From contig NC_068987.1 in NCBI RefSeq assembly GCF_001194135.2, positions 45,604,406 to 45,638,252 on the forward strand: a DNA stretch of 33,847 nt, written 5' to 3'. Positions 12,216 to 24,150 of this stretch are shown here, one piece after another; the stretch's first letter is position 1, and each line of letters opens with the position of its first letter. The notes under the pieces were generated by a model, which did not search any database, was not told the DNA's origin, and worked only from the letters and a program-made list of their open reading frames with translations. The DNA is from Octopus bimaculoides. Lineage: Eukaryota. The position numbers and the translations under genes are program-made.

Positions 12216-13700
12216 TCATTACTATTCCATTTTACCTAGATATCTGAAATAGTAGATAACAATAGTTTTGCATTATAGCCCTGGGAAGCCCTGACAGAGG
12301 AAGGCACTGGCATGTATGTAAGGAGTCATTTAAATATCTTAGTGCAATCCAAAGATACAGAATTTCCAGATATGATATCTTCTCTGAGTTGAGAACCACA
12401 CAGCACAACCCATATATGATTCATGGCAACAATCTAGGTAAATTGTCTTTTCTCTCATTATGCCATATGCTTTTGGATGACAGTATTTTCTGATAGTTCC
12501 AGAAATAGTGTAAGAGGGCAAGGGTGGACTCAATTGGAGTGTAGCAGTTGTTATTGCTCTGCATCTAATATTGCTTGTATGCAACCCCAGCAAGGTATTT
12601 GGGGCTAATGATGCTATTCATAGGGTTAACAAACTGTACATATCTTTGTTTCTTTAATGTTTTTAATACTGAATATGAAAGGACCTTATTCTTATGATGG
12701 TGGTGTTCTGAGGTGTTACAGATAATACGGTTTGATTGAACATGTATTGACAGGGGTTATCTTGGCTACAACTTGTAGCAACAATATGTGCTTCTCCTGT
12801 TCTCAGGAAATCTTTTAATTTGACAATTTTTGTTTTATTGTCCAGGCGGTCTGTGTGATCTCTGATGTAGATTGTCTTGTTGTGGATTGTTAGCAATGAG
12901 CTTATTGTATACAGTCCTCAGGTGAACCACAGCTCACCATCAAAAAAAAGTAAAAATGAAAAGAAAGCAGCAATAAGTCAAGTAAAGAAAGTCAGCAGTG
13001 AAAACTAAAAAATGATCTACAATAACAATAGGTGAGATGCAAAATGGACCTAATCTACTATAAGTACGTTAATCCAGTTTCTTTTACAGTGTTAGTTTTT
13101 TTCACATCTCTATGTTTTGTGTTCAGATCCTACTGGGAGAGACTTTTCAAGTCTCAAGAAACAATAAAATTAGTATCTGAGTAAGAGATCAGTCATTTCA
13201 ACTGATTATCCTCTCTTATCCTCTAATATATATTCTTTTATAGATGTGTTCCTATATGCCATATTTGCACTGACGTAAAGAATCCTTATTAACTAGATGT
13301 CTCAAAGAACAGTACTGGACTGAATTTGTATTCATATTTAGTTTTGTTCTACAGGGGCTTGAATTTAAATCATGTGGAGTTTGAATATACCTTTCCTACC
13401 TTCTAGGTTTGTTAAAAAAAAATACAAGTAATTGTCTGTTGATATTGATTCAGTATGACTGGTATTCAGTCCACTGAATCAACAGCAATATATAATTACT
13501 GATTACTGGTATCTTTCTGGCTGTAAATATTTCACAGATCTGACTCAATAAAAGCTTTACTATTGCTATCATTGCAAACACTACTACAAGTATTACTGCT
13601 ATTACAACTACTACTACTACCACTATTACTGATCACTTAAAACATTGACAAACCAATACTTATTTGAATCCTGAAGAGTAATAAATGAAAATGACATTAA

Positions 13701-13738
<38 letters not shown>

Positions 13739-14639
13739 NNNNNNNNNNAGAGGGGAGAGAGGGGGGGGGTAACAAAAAGAAAATAAATAAGAAATCTCTT
13801 CTTTAACTGGAATAAGAAAGAAACACAAGAAATGCAGCAATACTTGTGATGCATAGCACTGTTGCTAGTGGTAACCACAACTCTAAGGAAACCGGGAAGA
13901 TGGTGTTAATTAGTGAGCTGTGGTGAAGTACAATATATGCTTAGTGGCCATATGACAGTAATGTGGGGGTGGTGCTGCAGATATGCAGTAAATGACACAG
14001 CAGCAGCGTGGATGGTGTGTGCATATGTATGATTGCTGACACCGTGTAAGTGTGATATTACAGGAATGAGCATGGAGCAGGTTGTGGTAGTGGTGGTGGT
14101 GGTGGTGTTGATTTTAGTGTTGTTAGTGGTGGTGGATTTATACACTGAAGAATGTAAAGAAAAATGGTTTGGCAGCAACTTTTTGATGATAGTGGTGTTG
14201 ACGATATTGATAGTGGTAGTGGTGGTGGTGATGGTATAGCTGATAATATTCATAGTAGTGGTGATGATAACGGTAGTGATGAGGATATTATTCAAAATAA
14301 TTCACATGTAGCTGTTTTCATTCTGGAAATGCAAGCAATTTATCTCCATATCCAGTTGTGTAAAGAAACACACACACATATATAAATATATATGTGTGTG
14401 TATGTGTGTGTATCTGTTTATGTGTGTGTGTGTATGTATGTGTATGTGTGTGTGTGGTGTATGTCTGCTTCCTAGAATGTGAGCGTGTCAATATTTTTAT
14501 GTAGAGTTCATATTTAACTTTTATAGGGGAAAGGTTGATAGTGACTTCAAAATTTCAGCTTATTCACTTTCAGCAGACTGTCTGATGAAAGTGAACATAC
14601 CTAAATTTCAAAATCACTAAGCACCTTTTCCTTGTAAAA

Positions 14640-14663
14640 GTTACTATGTATATATATATATAT

Positions 14664-14710
<47 letters not shown>

Positions 14711-14830
14711 TACATACATATCTATCTATCTATAGATATACATATCTATTTATGTATGTGTATGTATGTATGTATGTATGTATGTATGTATGTATGTATG
14801 TATGTATGTATGTATGTATGTGTGTTTGTA
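14640..14830. repeat. Compound (TA)n/(AG)n/(TATC)n/(TATG)n microsatellite
   Basis: Directly visible. Confidence 0.9.
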
Positions 14831-14851
14831 TATGTATATCATAAATACATA

Positions 14852-15402
14852 TCAGGTCATTAAGAATGAAATGTCCAATTTCCTTATGCACCAAGTTTGA
14901 CAGTTGTTAACTCTAATATTTTATCTTGGCAATTCTTTGTTTTACAACATTGAAAAGTTACATCATCACTTTTCGAAATGCAATTCATGGTGGCTGATTA
15001 TATTGTGAGTTTTCTCTTGTAAATCAATTTTTGTGAACCCATGGATAGATCAAAAAGTCATGTTGTTATGAATATGAGCTCCATCATGGAATCAATGTAT
15101 CCCAGACAGCTTGAAACATCAATGGGGTGTTTGGTGAAGATGTGGTGAATGAGTGCACTGTACATTGATGGTTAGAGAAGTTCTGGTCTGGTGACTTTAC
15201 TCTTGAAAATCAGCCCCATGGTACACCTGAGACCAAGGTGGATAATGATGAGCTGGAAATTGTAGTGGAAGCGGATACATCTCAAACTATGCGTGAGTTA
15301 ACAGCAAGGTTTGATGTTTCGAGTCCAACTGCATTGGACCTTCTGAAACAAATCAACAAGATAAAGAAGCTGGGTAAGTGGGTACCACATGAACTGAATG
15401 AG
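14852..15402 (+). pseudogene. mariner (Tc1/mariner) transposon 5' relic: putative left TIR plus transposase N-terminal HTH region to WVPHEL
   Basis: From ATG 15041 with a frameshift and TGA stops: YELHHGINVSQTA*NINGVFGEDVVNECTVH*WLEKFWSGDFTLENQPHGTPETKVDNDELEIVVEADTSQTMRELTARFDVS...KIKKLGKWVPHELNE. WVPHEL is mariner-diagnostic. TA|tcaggtc at 14850-14858 resembles a TIR start. Confidence 0.9.
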
Positions 15403-16190
15403 ATAATGGGCACCTGTTGGAGAAATGATCCCTGCAAAGTGGAGTGGCTACAGAGCATGGCTGAGCATACTGGGTGTTCTGGGATATGCGATCCAACACC
15501 CCTCCCCTCCACCTTCCACTGCTTTACCCCCTCCACCTTCCACTGCTTTACCCCCTCCACCTTTTTTCCCCCTTTTCTTTCTTTTCATTTCTCATCTCCC
15601 CACTTACCTGTTTCTTTGTATTTAAATGGTTTAATAAAATTACATTTTTCTAAAATTTATTCAACATCACACCTGTCTTGCTGATTGCTTTGACTATTAC
15701 CAATCATAGAAGTTAGTGAGACATCAGTAAATTGTCACTAATTAACTGTAAAATCTGACATTGTTTTTTCTTCTTTTTTTTGGCAAAAGATGGAAAAGCA
15801 GAGAAATATACTTTCTGTTTAAGCACAACCCAACAGCAAAGAGTGATATTATGATAGTGTTTCAATATGGTGTAGCAAAGATTGATCATATAATAATGCA
15901 CTATACTGTACTTATTAGAGTGTGTTTGTGTGTGCATACACATGTGCATGTGTGTGTGTAAATATTGTCATCTCTTTCAATCAGAGAAATTAATGAAAGA
16001 GAGAGAGAGAAACAGAGAGGGAGTTGTCTCATATGACCTGGAGTTTTAAATGACAAGTCATTGAGAGCATCTATATTTTTACTAATACTTAATGTGTATA
16101 ATATTTGCCGTGTATGTAAGTATGGATCTGTACTTATATTGTGTGTGTGTGTGTGAGTGAACATATGATTAAAGAGAATTAGATGCTTAC

Positions 16191-16239
16191 CTGAACTGGT
16201 TGTTTCTGGAATAGACATTTTGGTCCTTGTATGTTTATT
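16191..16239 (-). CDS. BMAL1: BMAL1 penultimate exon NKHTRTKMSIPETTSS
   Basis: 49 nt. Strong acceptor cttttttctcttgtag, consensus donor cag|gtaagc. Supplies exactly the phase 0-to-1 link required by the terminal exon. Confidence 0.82.
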
Positions 16240-16300
16240 CTACAAGAGAAAAAAGTGGTAAAAATATTAAAATACAACAAATACTTATATACATTCACTC

Positions 16301-16333
<33 letters not shown>

Positions 16334-16377
16334 CATATGAGTGTGTGTGTGTTTGTTTTTATATATATATATATATA

Positions 16378-17536
16378 TCTACTACATATGTGGAAGATCA
16401 GTGTGTGTTTGTTTGTGGCAATGTTAGCTAACTCCTCCTACATTGTTTTATTGATTTTGATGAAACTTGACACATGAGTAGAACTCATGTCTGGAAACTT
16501 CGTGACATACTTAGATTGTTGAAAAAATCGATAATATGGCCCTTGGAAGGGACCTTTATATCTACCTCATATAACTAATTTTTTTAAACACCCAAGGGAA
16601 ATAACCCATAACCTCTGTACAATATTTTTTTTTAAACACTCAAAGGGAATAACCCATTTCATTGTTTATGTTCAATTAATTTGAATATTGATTTTTTGTG
16701 TGTCCTATTTCTAATTTTTGCAGACAATATCACTTTTATACTTTATTTGACACGAGTAGAACTCATGTCTGGACACCTCGTGACATATTTAGAGTGTTGA
16801 AAAAAAATGATAATAGGGCCCTTCCAATGGATCCGTCTATCTACTACATATTACTAATATTTTATTTAAACAACCTAAGGGAAATAACCCATACCACCTG
16901 CAGATTTTAGTGAAGTGATCAATATTTGATTCTCATGATCAGCCGACCTAATTCTGCATTTCACTACTCAGTTTTGAACTGCTTAACATTATTATTGCAC
17001 TTCCTTAATTTGAATCTTAAATATTAACGATTTCATTCATACATTTTTTTACATACATACTTTTTTGAATGCCCATTATTCCGATGATTCTACATTTTTA
17101 CAGTTACACTTTTTCCATGACAGTTGATAAATTTTTTATTCCACAACGTATTTGTAGTGGCTTCATGCAAGCATAGCGTGGATTTGATCCTTGCTTGCTA
17201 AATTTCACTTAACACTTCAAAAGCGCTTTTCTCACAGTAAAACAATAGTTTTTCTGTGAATGACAGCAGTTATACATTTTCCAGATGCCTTCACTAAGCA
17301 GAATAATGTCTTTGCCTCTTGCCAACCTCCGACAACCTCGCTCACCAGCCTCCGATAATCTTTTTCGCCAACCTCCAACAATCTCTCCCTCCTCCAGCTG
17401 ACAATTTTTGTACTTTTTCATGATAGAAAATACACCTTTTGTGGCAGTTATAACGAAATTGCTTTCTTATATCAGAGTAATAAGGCATTTCAATAGAACA
17501 TCTTTACCCCCAGGAATTACCGGGTACACCAGCTAG
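16378..17536 (+). mobile_element. Non-autonomous Helitron (~1.16 kb)
   Basis: 5' A|TCTACTACATA, 3' CAG-CTAG|T, imperfect hairpin ACCC(CCA)GG-AATTA-CCGGGT at 17506-17525, flanked by (TA)n with no TSD. Internal duplication of about 280-bp period. Confidence 0.75.
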
Positions 17537-18714
17537 TATATATANNNNNNNNNNNNNNNNNNNNNNNNNNNNNNNNNNNNNNNNNNNNNNNNNNNNNNNN
17601 NNNNNNNNNNNNNNNNNNNNNNNNNNNNNNNNNNNNNNNNNNNNNNNNNNNNNNNNNNNNNNNNNNNNNNNNNNNNNNNNNNNNNNNNNNNNNNNNNNNN
17701 NNNNNNNNNNNNNNNNNNNNNNNNNNNNNNNNNNNNNNNNNNNNNNNNNNNNNNNNNNNNNNNNNNNNNNNNNNNNNNNNNNNNNNNNNNNNNNNNNNNN
17801 NNNNNNNNNNNNNNNNNNNNNNNNNNNNNNNNNNNNNNNNNNNNNNNNNNNNNNNNNNNNNNNNNNNNNNNNNNNNNNNNNNNNNNNNNNNNNNNNNNNN
17901 NNNNNNNNNNNNNNNNNNNNNNNNNNNNNNNNNNNNNNNNNNNNNNNNNNNNNNNNNNNNNNNNNNNNNNNNNNNNNNNNNNNNNNNNNNNNNNNNNNNN
18001 NNNNNNNNNNNNNNNNNNNNNNNNNNNNNNNNNNNNNNNNNNNNNNNNNNNNNNNNNNNNNNNNNNNNNNNNNNNNNNNNNNNNNNNNNNNNNNNNNNNN
18101 NNNNNATACAAGAAAAAAACAGTAATTCAGTTAGTGTAGTGTTAGTATATCTAATGAGTGGGCATTAAAAAAATCAGCTAGAAATAATTAGACAATAAAA
18201 AAAAAACATTACTAGCCAATGACTAATATTTTTTGAAATTATTTCAGTAATCAAAGGAAACAGCCCTAGACATGTTTAGGTTTTAGTAGACCTCCTCAGT
18301 GAAGCATCAACTTCATCATACTTGTTGAAATTGCGATGAGGGAATCACTAGATAAATGTACAGCACTGGCTGGTGGAGAAAATTACAATGATTTAGAGAA
18401 TAGATTATTGAGATACCTTCTACTTTAAAAGCATTTGTTAAATTAGTGTTAATGAAGTGTGCATTGAGAAAATAAGTATGCTTAATTGAAGTGCTGTGTA
18501 ATCTAGCTGGCAAGCATTAATCAATTGACACTTAACACTCTAACCACTTTTAATGTCCTAACAGCAACAACAACATTAGCAACAACAGTAAACTGTTTGA
18601 ACAAATGAGAGAGCCTCTTCATAGTCATTCACCTTGCTAGTAATAGCAACCAAAATGTATGCATGTATAGAAATGTATATGTGTGTGGGTTTCTGTATCT
18701 GTATTTAAGTAAAA

Positions 18715-19260
18715 CTTATGTTAGGTCACTCTTGAGTGCTACAGGTAATATGCAGTACAATTTGTTGCATGGTTGGATCGACAGTGACCAAACTGGCAAC
18801 CCCACCAAGCCTGCTTAGTGAGGAGGGGTACTTTTGGATACCCTGCATGATAAAAAAAACAAGACCAGTTAAAGAGCAGATCAAGCCATGATAGTCAACG
18901 ACCAACCAATTTTGTGTAAATATGCTTTCAAATCTCTGCTGACCTGTTGGTATCCTTTGGTGGGAAAAGCATAAGAAGCATCACTATGAAATCAAACCTA
19001 CAAATTCCAATTACTGATGCTTAGAAAGTGGAATACATGTTGTGCAAGCATATGTCATTTTAATCCAATCATGTACAGATGTTCCATTCCATCTGGTTCA
19101 TCTGATTTCTCTGTTAAAGTCCTGTGGTGATGAAAGAGTAGCAATGTATGCAGACTTTTGTCGCATATATTTGAGGTCTTACAGGTCACCTGCTGGTCTT
19201 AAGAGCAATTTCAGAGCACACAAAGTTAATGAAGATAACCAGGATGACAGAGATAGACAA
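18715..19260 (+). repeat. Possible decayed LINE-derived fragment (C-terminal Cys/His-like motif DFCRIYLRSYRSPAGLKSNFRAHK at ~19150-19225)
   Basis: Resembles the CxxCGRxCxSxxGLxSHxRxH terminus of RTE-type ORFs, but degenerate. Confidence 0.3.
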
Positions 19261-19944
19261 AGACAGCTGTTATCTGTCAAGATGAAGTTAAGTTATATCC
19301 ATTTGACCCGATTTCATTGAATTTACATACATAAAAATAGTAGTGTGTGTGTAAATGCATATTTATGTAAACTAGTGTCAAATTTTGTCTTTTTATATCA
19401 AATTTGATTGAATCAAGATTGATCAAAATAGTAGAGGCTTTACTACGATTTTCCCTGGAATTCTCCTCACAATCACATGTGCAGCACAAACCACCATATT
19501 TTCTCAGTATTTCTTTTTTCATACAATTATTATCGAGTGACAGATTTGAGCTGATATAATGACTGACAACATCATACTTTGAAAATAAAAGAATGAACAC
19601 ATGAATATATGCACTGACAATATGAATTAATTATATCTGTGCTGCAATCACCTTACCACCCTCCACACTAAGGTAAAAATGGTATATTTATAAAAATAAA
19701 AGGTACATCTTATATCTCAAATCATACACTAGTACCTTATAAAAATATATATTAAGCAATACAAGCCTAAATATACCTAACTGATGAGAAGGTAATGGCT
19801 GGGACTACTTTGTATGTATGCTCAATCAGAAATGGATTGGGGTTAAACAACATCAACAATGACAACAACAATAGCAATAACCTTTTGTTGCAACAACTAG
19901 GAACATCAAGAGCAACAAAGATGACAACAAAAGTAACAACTTAC

Positions 19945-20008
19945 TTGTACCTGTATGGATGAAGGTCCAGGAACGCTGCTGCTGTCTGCAGTAAATGCTA
20001 ACCTGTTA
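19945..20008 (-). CDS. BMAL1: BMAL1 exon NRLAFTADSSSVPGPSSIQVQ
   Basis: 64 nt. Acceptor ttttcctttctcttcag, donor caa|gtaagt. From this acceptor only the phase-2 frame is open; ends phase 0, matching the next exon. Confidence 0.78.
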
Positions 20009-20383
20009 CTGAAGAGAAAGGAAAATAGGCTTTGATTAGATATCTACAGCATGAACATTTTGGTTAAATCTTCTTTTGAAATTTAGCCAATCTTATATCC
20101 TTTTATTCACATGTGACTAGAGAACCCTTTGTCTGCTGCTCACAGTGCAACACATTAGCAAACACAATTGAACAGTGTAAAGGTCAGCATAGGTCAATTT
20201 GAATGTCCAATTATTTTTCTTCTATCTCAATGCATGGTTGTCTAATGGTTTTATTTAACAGAATTTCATTATCAGTGAATAACACATCCTTTGATCCATT
20301 TACTTAATTTTTATTTTTTATATTTTATTTTTTGATTCATTGTAAGTCACTTTATTGCTTATATGTGATGAATTCTACATCAT

Positions 20384-20792
20384 TAGGTGCAGGAGTGGTT
20401 GTGTGGTAAGTAGTTTGTTTACCAACCACATGGTTCTGGGTTCAGTCCCACTGTGTGACACCTTGGGCAAGTGTCTTCTACTATAGCCTCAGGCCGACCA
20501 AAGCCTTGTGAGTGGATTTGGTAGATGGAAACTGAAAGAAGCCTGTCGTATATATGTATATACATATGTATGTGTGTGTATATGTTTGTGTGTCTGTGTT
20601 TGTCCCCATCCCCTAACATCGCTTGACAACCGATGTGGGTGTGTTTACGTCCACATAACTTAGTGGTTTGGCAAAAGAGACCGATAGAATAAGTACTAGG
20701 CTTACAAAGAATAAGTCCTGGGGTCGATTTACTCGACTAAAGGTGGTGCTCCAGCATGGCTGCAGTCAAATGACTAAAACAAGTAAAAGAAT
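20384..20792 (+). mobile_element. Full-length tRNA-derived SINE with CORE-like segment, internal TA/TG microsatellite and Meta-like 3' segment (octopus OR-type family, tentative)
   Basis: A-box tggttgtgtggt, B-box ggttcagtccc, accttgggcaagtgtctt (CORE-like), then gatagaataagtact...ctggggtcgat and tail ctccagcatggctgcagtcaaatgactaaaacaagtaaaaga. A partial inverse copy lies at 3787-4010. Confidence 0.85.
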
Positions 20793-21367
20793 TAACCAGT
20801 TCCTCTTGTAGAAAAGTAACATACTACAACTACTAAAATGTATCTTAATAGAAATAAATGGAGATTAAAAAATGCAGTACCTTTTGACAAGACCTGATGA
20901 GACACAACTGCACACTCAATGCACAACAACTGTTTGTATAGCATCTCACTCATGAGGCACCGATGCATCATATGGCAGATAATTTTTACAGGAATGGTTG
21001 CATGTCTCTTATGAAAAAAGACACTGAATAGTTATGAAATATTCATAATGTTACAGAGCAAGTATTCAGTGCCTCCTTTGAACCAGCTGTAGTAATTGAC
21101 TTTCTGTTCCATTCTTTGTATTTAGTTTGACTAACACATAATAAGCAAAGTTTGTTGTTTTCAAACTGGAGTTGTATAGCATATGTTACCTTAGTGGAAT
21201 GTCTAATCTTGATGTAGGACAAAGTGTATTTAATACACTGACTAACAAACTTAATTAATCAATTAATGAGTTACTTGTATTTTCTATATAAGCCTTGTTT
21301 ATGATAGAGAAACTACTTTTATCAAGGTTCCTTGACCGATCCTATATCATTGTTATTATTATTATTA

Positions 21368-21600
21368 TGGCAGTGAGTTGGCAGAAGCATCAGCATGCCA
21401 GGCAAAATGCTTAATGGAATTTCTTCCATCTTCATGCTCTGAGTTCAAATTCCACCAAAGTCGACTTTGCCTTTCATCCTTTCAGGGTCGATAAAATAAG
21501 TACCAGTTGAGTATTGGGGTCGATATAATTGACTTAACCCCCTCCACAAAATTGCTGGCCTTATGCCAAAATTTGAAATCATCATCATCATTATTATTAT
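21368..21600 (+). mobile_element. Full-length Meta-domain SINE copy (B-type tail)
   Basis: ggcagtgagttggcagaagc...gagttcaaattccaccaaagtcgactttgcctttcatcctttcagggtcgataaaataagtaccag. Confidence 0.9.
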
Positions 21601-21639
21601 TAATATACCATTGTGTGTGTGCATGCATTAGCCTGCTAC

Positions 21640-21690
21640 CTGTTATTCTCTGGTAACAATTTGTCCTGCACATGCCCAACCAGATTCTGA
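21640..21690 (-). CDS. BMAL1: Candidate BMAL1 cassette exon QNLVGHVQDKLLPENN
   Basis: 51 nt, symmetric phase 2/2, open in the needed frame. Pyrimidine tract then tttgcag; the donor ag|gtagca is weak. Not required to keep the frame. Confidence 0.45.
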
Positions 21691-22160
21691 CTGCAAACTA
21701 CCACAGAGAAAGAAGACCAAAACAAAAAAACCTTCACAAGAACCACATCCATTGAAAGAATAATCTATCAGGCATGAAATTTGAAATCATAGAAAAGAAG
21801 CCATCAAAAGTATTGCAGCAAGTATTCCTGGCTTCTATGAGAAGTATAGTGGTCTTGCACAACATGCAATTGACCTTTATGAGTGCAGTTGGTATTTTTT
21901 CTGGGACTTCTTTCTTTGTAAAAGTTAAAAATTTGTTTTCAAGTCCTCCAAAGCCAAATAAATAAGGTATGAGAGAAATACTAAAATGTAGAAAATATAT
22001 CCTTATTAAAATGAAAATCCTGGCAAGCTTGCCAAAAATGTTAATTTTCTTTCAAGTTTTCCCAAATGACTTTAAGCTTAGCTCAAAAGAATGACAGACT
22101 GACTTGAAATTCCAGGGTCAACAGCCTTACAAATGTACATAACACACACACATGCACACT

Positions 22161-22194
<34 letters not shown>

Positions 22195-23357
22195 CGTGCG
22201 TGATACAAGTGTCGGAACAAATATATTTATACTAATTATAGTTACACAAAGACTTGATTCTACATACACTTGTCTTTTTCATGTCACCGATAGGACCTGA
22301 ATTTATGCAGGTGTGTCAAAATGTTATTTTTGTTTCTCACTGAAGAGAAATATTTTCAAAAGCATTAAAATAATTTAACTGCCTCCAGAAATTTTCTTTT
22401 TATATATTTTCTTTTAGTAGACATTTTTTTTTTCTGTTTTTCTTTTTGCTCTTTAGTAGAACTAGTCAGTTTACCCAAGAATAGTACAACCATAGCTACT
22501 GCTTTTCAATTTTTTTTCAACATTTTCCAAAAAAACATCAACTGAATGTATACATCACTGGCAATCTTAAGTAACTTGACATTTCTTACTGATTTTTCCC
22601 CATGAAAATTTTGACAAGTCCTTCATTGTTGAGCATTTGTCAAAGCTTAACTGTTATTATACCTTCACATTTTTTTCTCCTTTGTCTTCATCCTCATTGT
22701 TATTTATCTGATGCTGTACTATTTCAATAACCCTATATTCAGCCTAGACCAGCTCTCCATCAAACTGTCAGTCTTGGTAAATATCATGACTCACATGGCC
22801 ACTGAAATGGATCACATGATCCAGCAAATACATCAAACTTGGCAAAACAGGAATATGAAATTGCTCAGCAGAACTGAACAAGGAACCATTGTAATCTTCT
22901 TAGCCCCACAACCATTCTTTCTTTGTTCCTAGCTGACTACCAACTATACACTGAAACCATGGCTTATATCAGTTTTCTGGTAAACATTCAGGAAATAGAT
23001 TCAGTATCAGTTAGCCAGTGAGGTGCTTCATTGTTTATCTGTTCCCAGTTAGTAATGAGGTGAACTAGAAAGATCACGAAACCTCTATGTAAATTCTCTA
23101 ACCTAAGCTTCAGTTATTCATCCTGTGATTATTGCTCATCACATGTCCTATTTCTTTGAAAATGTTCCCCACCTTCCCTTTTTTATGTGGCTTTTAAGAA
23201 ATGTGTTTTTTATTATATACTTTGATCTAACTGGCATATATTTTAGTGTAAAGTTATCATAAGCAAATGTGTGGTGCTCAGTTTTCTATATTCACAAATA
23301 CAAATGCTCAGGTTAATGTGAGGTTATTTCAGAACGAAAATACTTATTAAATATATA

Positions 23358-23470
23358 TGTAACTGGCAGAGATGTTCAAGCATCATCTGGAATGATTTGT
23401 GGTTATTCATTCCAGCTTTCTGTACTCTGAGTTTAAATCCTGCTGGAGTCAACTTTGACTTTTATGTTTC
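23358..23470 (+). mobile_element. Degenerate Meta-domain SINE 5' fragment
   Basis: aactggcaga...ctctgagtttaaatcctgctggagtcaactttgac. Confidence 0.55.
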
Positions 23471-23939
23471 AGAGTTGATAAAGTACAAGTCAAAGGTGGG
23501 GGAATGGCTGAATTGTTAAAACATTAAACAAGAATTCAAATTCCACCTAGGTACTGGTGGCCAAGATTAATCATGAGAACACCTCATCTGACCCACCAAC
23601 TGAATAATATGAACAAGTAGGCCTACAAGCAGCACATATAAACTGGAAACATCATACTGAAGCTTCACCCAGCAGTAGTTGACAACAACTGAATGAAATA
23701 CAAGTTTCAGAAATGTTCTACCTGGTTTTCTATTGACTAAAATTTATCCTTTCTCTTTTTGAGTAACTTTCTTTAGCTAATAGGTTATATATTCCTTATG
23801 TATGTATATATAATTTTTCATTGAGTTTTATTTAAGTTCTTCCCAAGAGAGTTCAAGCCAGTCACTAACAAAGTGACAAGACTCTTTAAGTTAAGAAAAT
23901 TCCTGGTGTTTGTAAATATGTAGTTGAGCTGGTGTGTTA

Positions 23940-24150
23940 GTTGAACTGTCAATGCACACACCCAAGTGTGTAGCAATATCAGATGGAGAATTTTGGCATG
24001 TCTTACAAATCTTCACTGTGCCACTAATAGATTGGAGTTGGAGAATTCGCATCAGTTTCTTTTGTACTTTCTCCATGAAACCAATTATTTCTGGGTTCTT
24101 GTACAAATTTGTGGGTACATAACCTAATGCACCTATGAAAATGATGACGA
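23940..24150 (-). mobile_element. Third REL-type LINE 3' fragment (divergent subfamily)
   Basis: IVIIFIGALGYVPTNLYKNPEIIGFMEKVQKKLMRILQLQSISGTVKICKT has the IGALG and Q..S..GT..I motifs seen in the other two fragments. Confidence 0.65.

Noticed and set aside
12339-12896. ORFs of 77-84 aa in the last intron
   Set aside because: No splice-compatible boundaries for BMAL1 and only a vague resemblance to decayed LINE sequence; not assignable.
15608-15649. Perfect donor CAG|GTAAGT with a possible in-frame 42-nt exon (EKCNFIKPFKYKET)
   Set aside because: The acceptor lacks a pyrimidine tract and the sequence is very AT-rich and non-coding-like; unsupported, though a junction search would be cheap.
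18322-18369. 48-nt phase-0 candidate exon PVLYIYLVIPSSQFQQ
   Set aside because: Mediocre donor (aa|gtatga), hydrophobic composition unlike the flanking linker, and not needed for frame.
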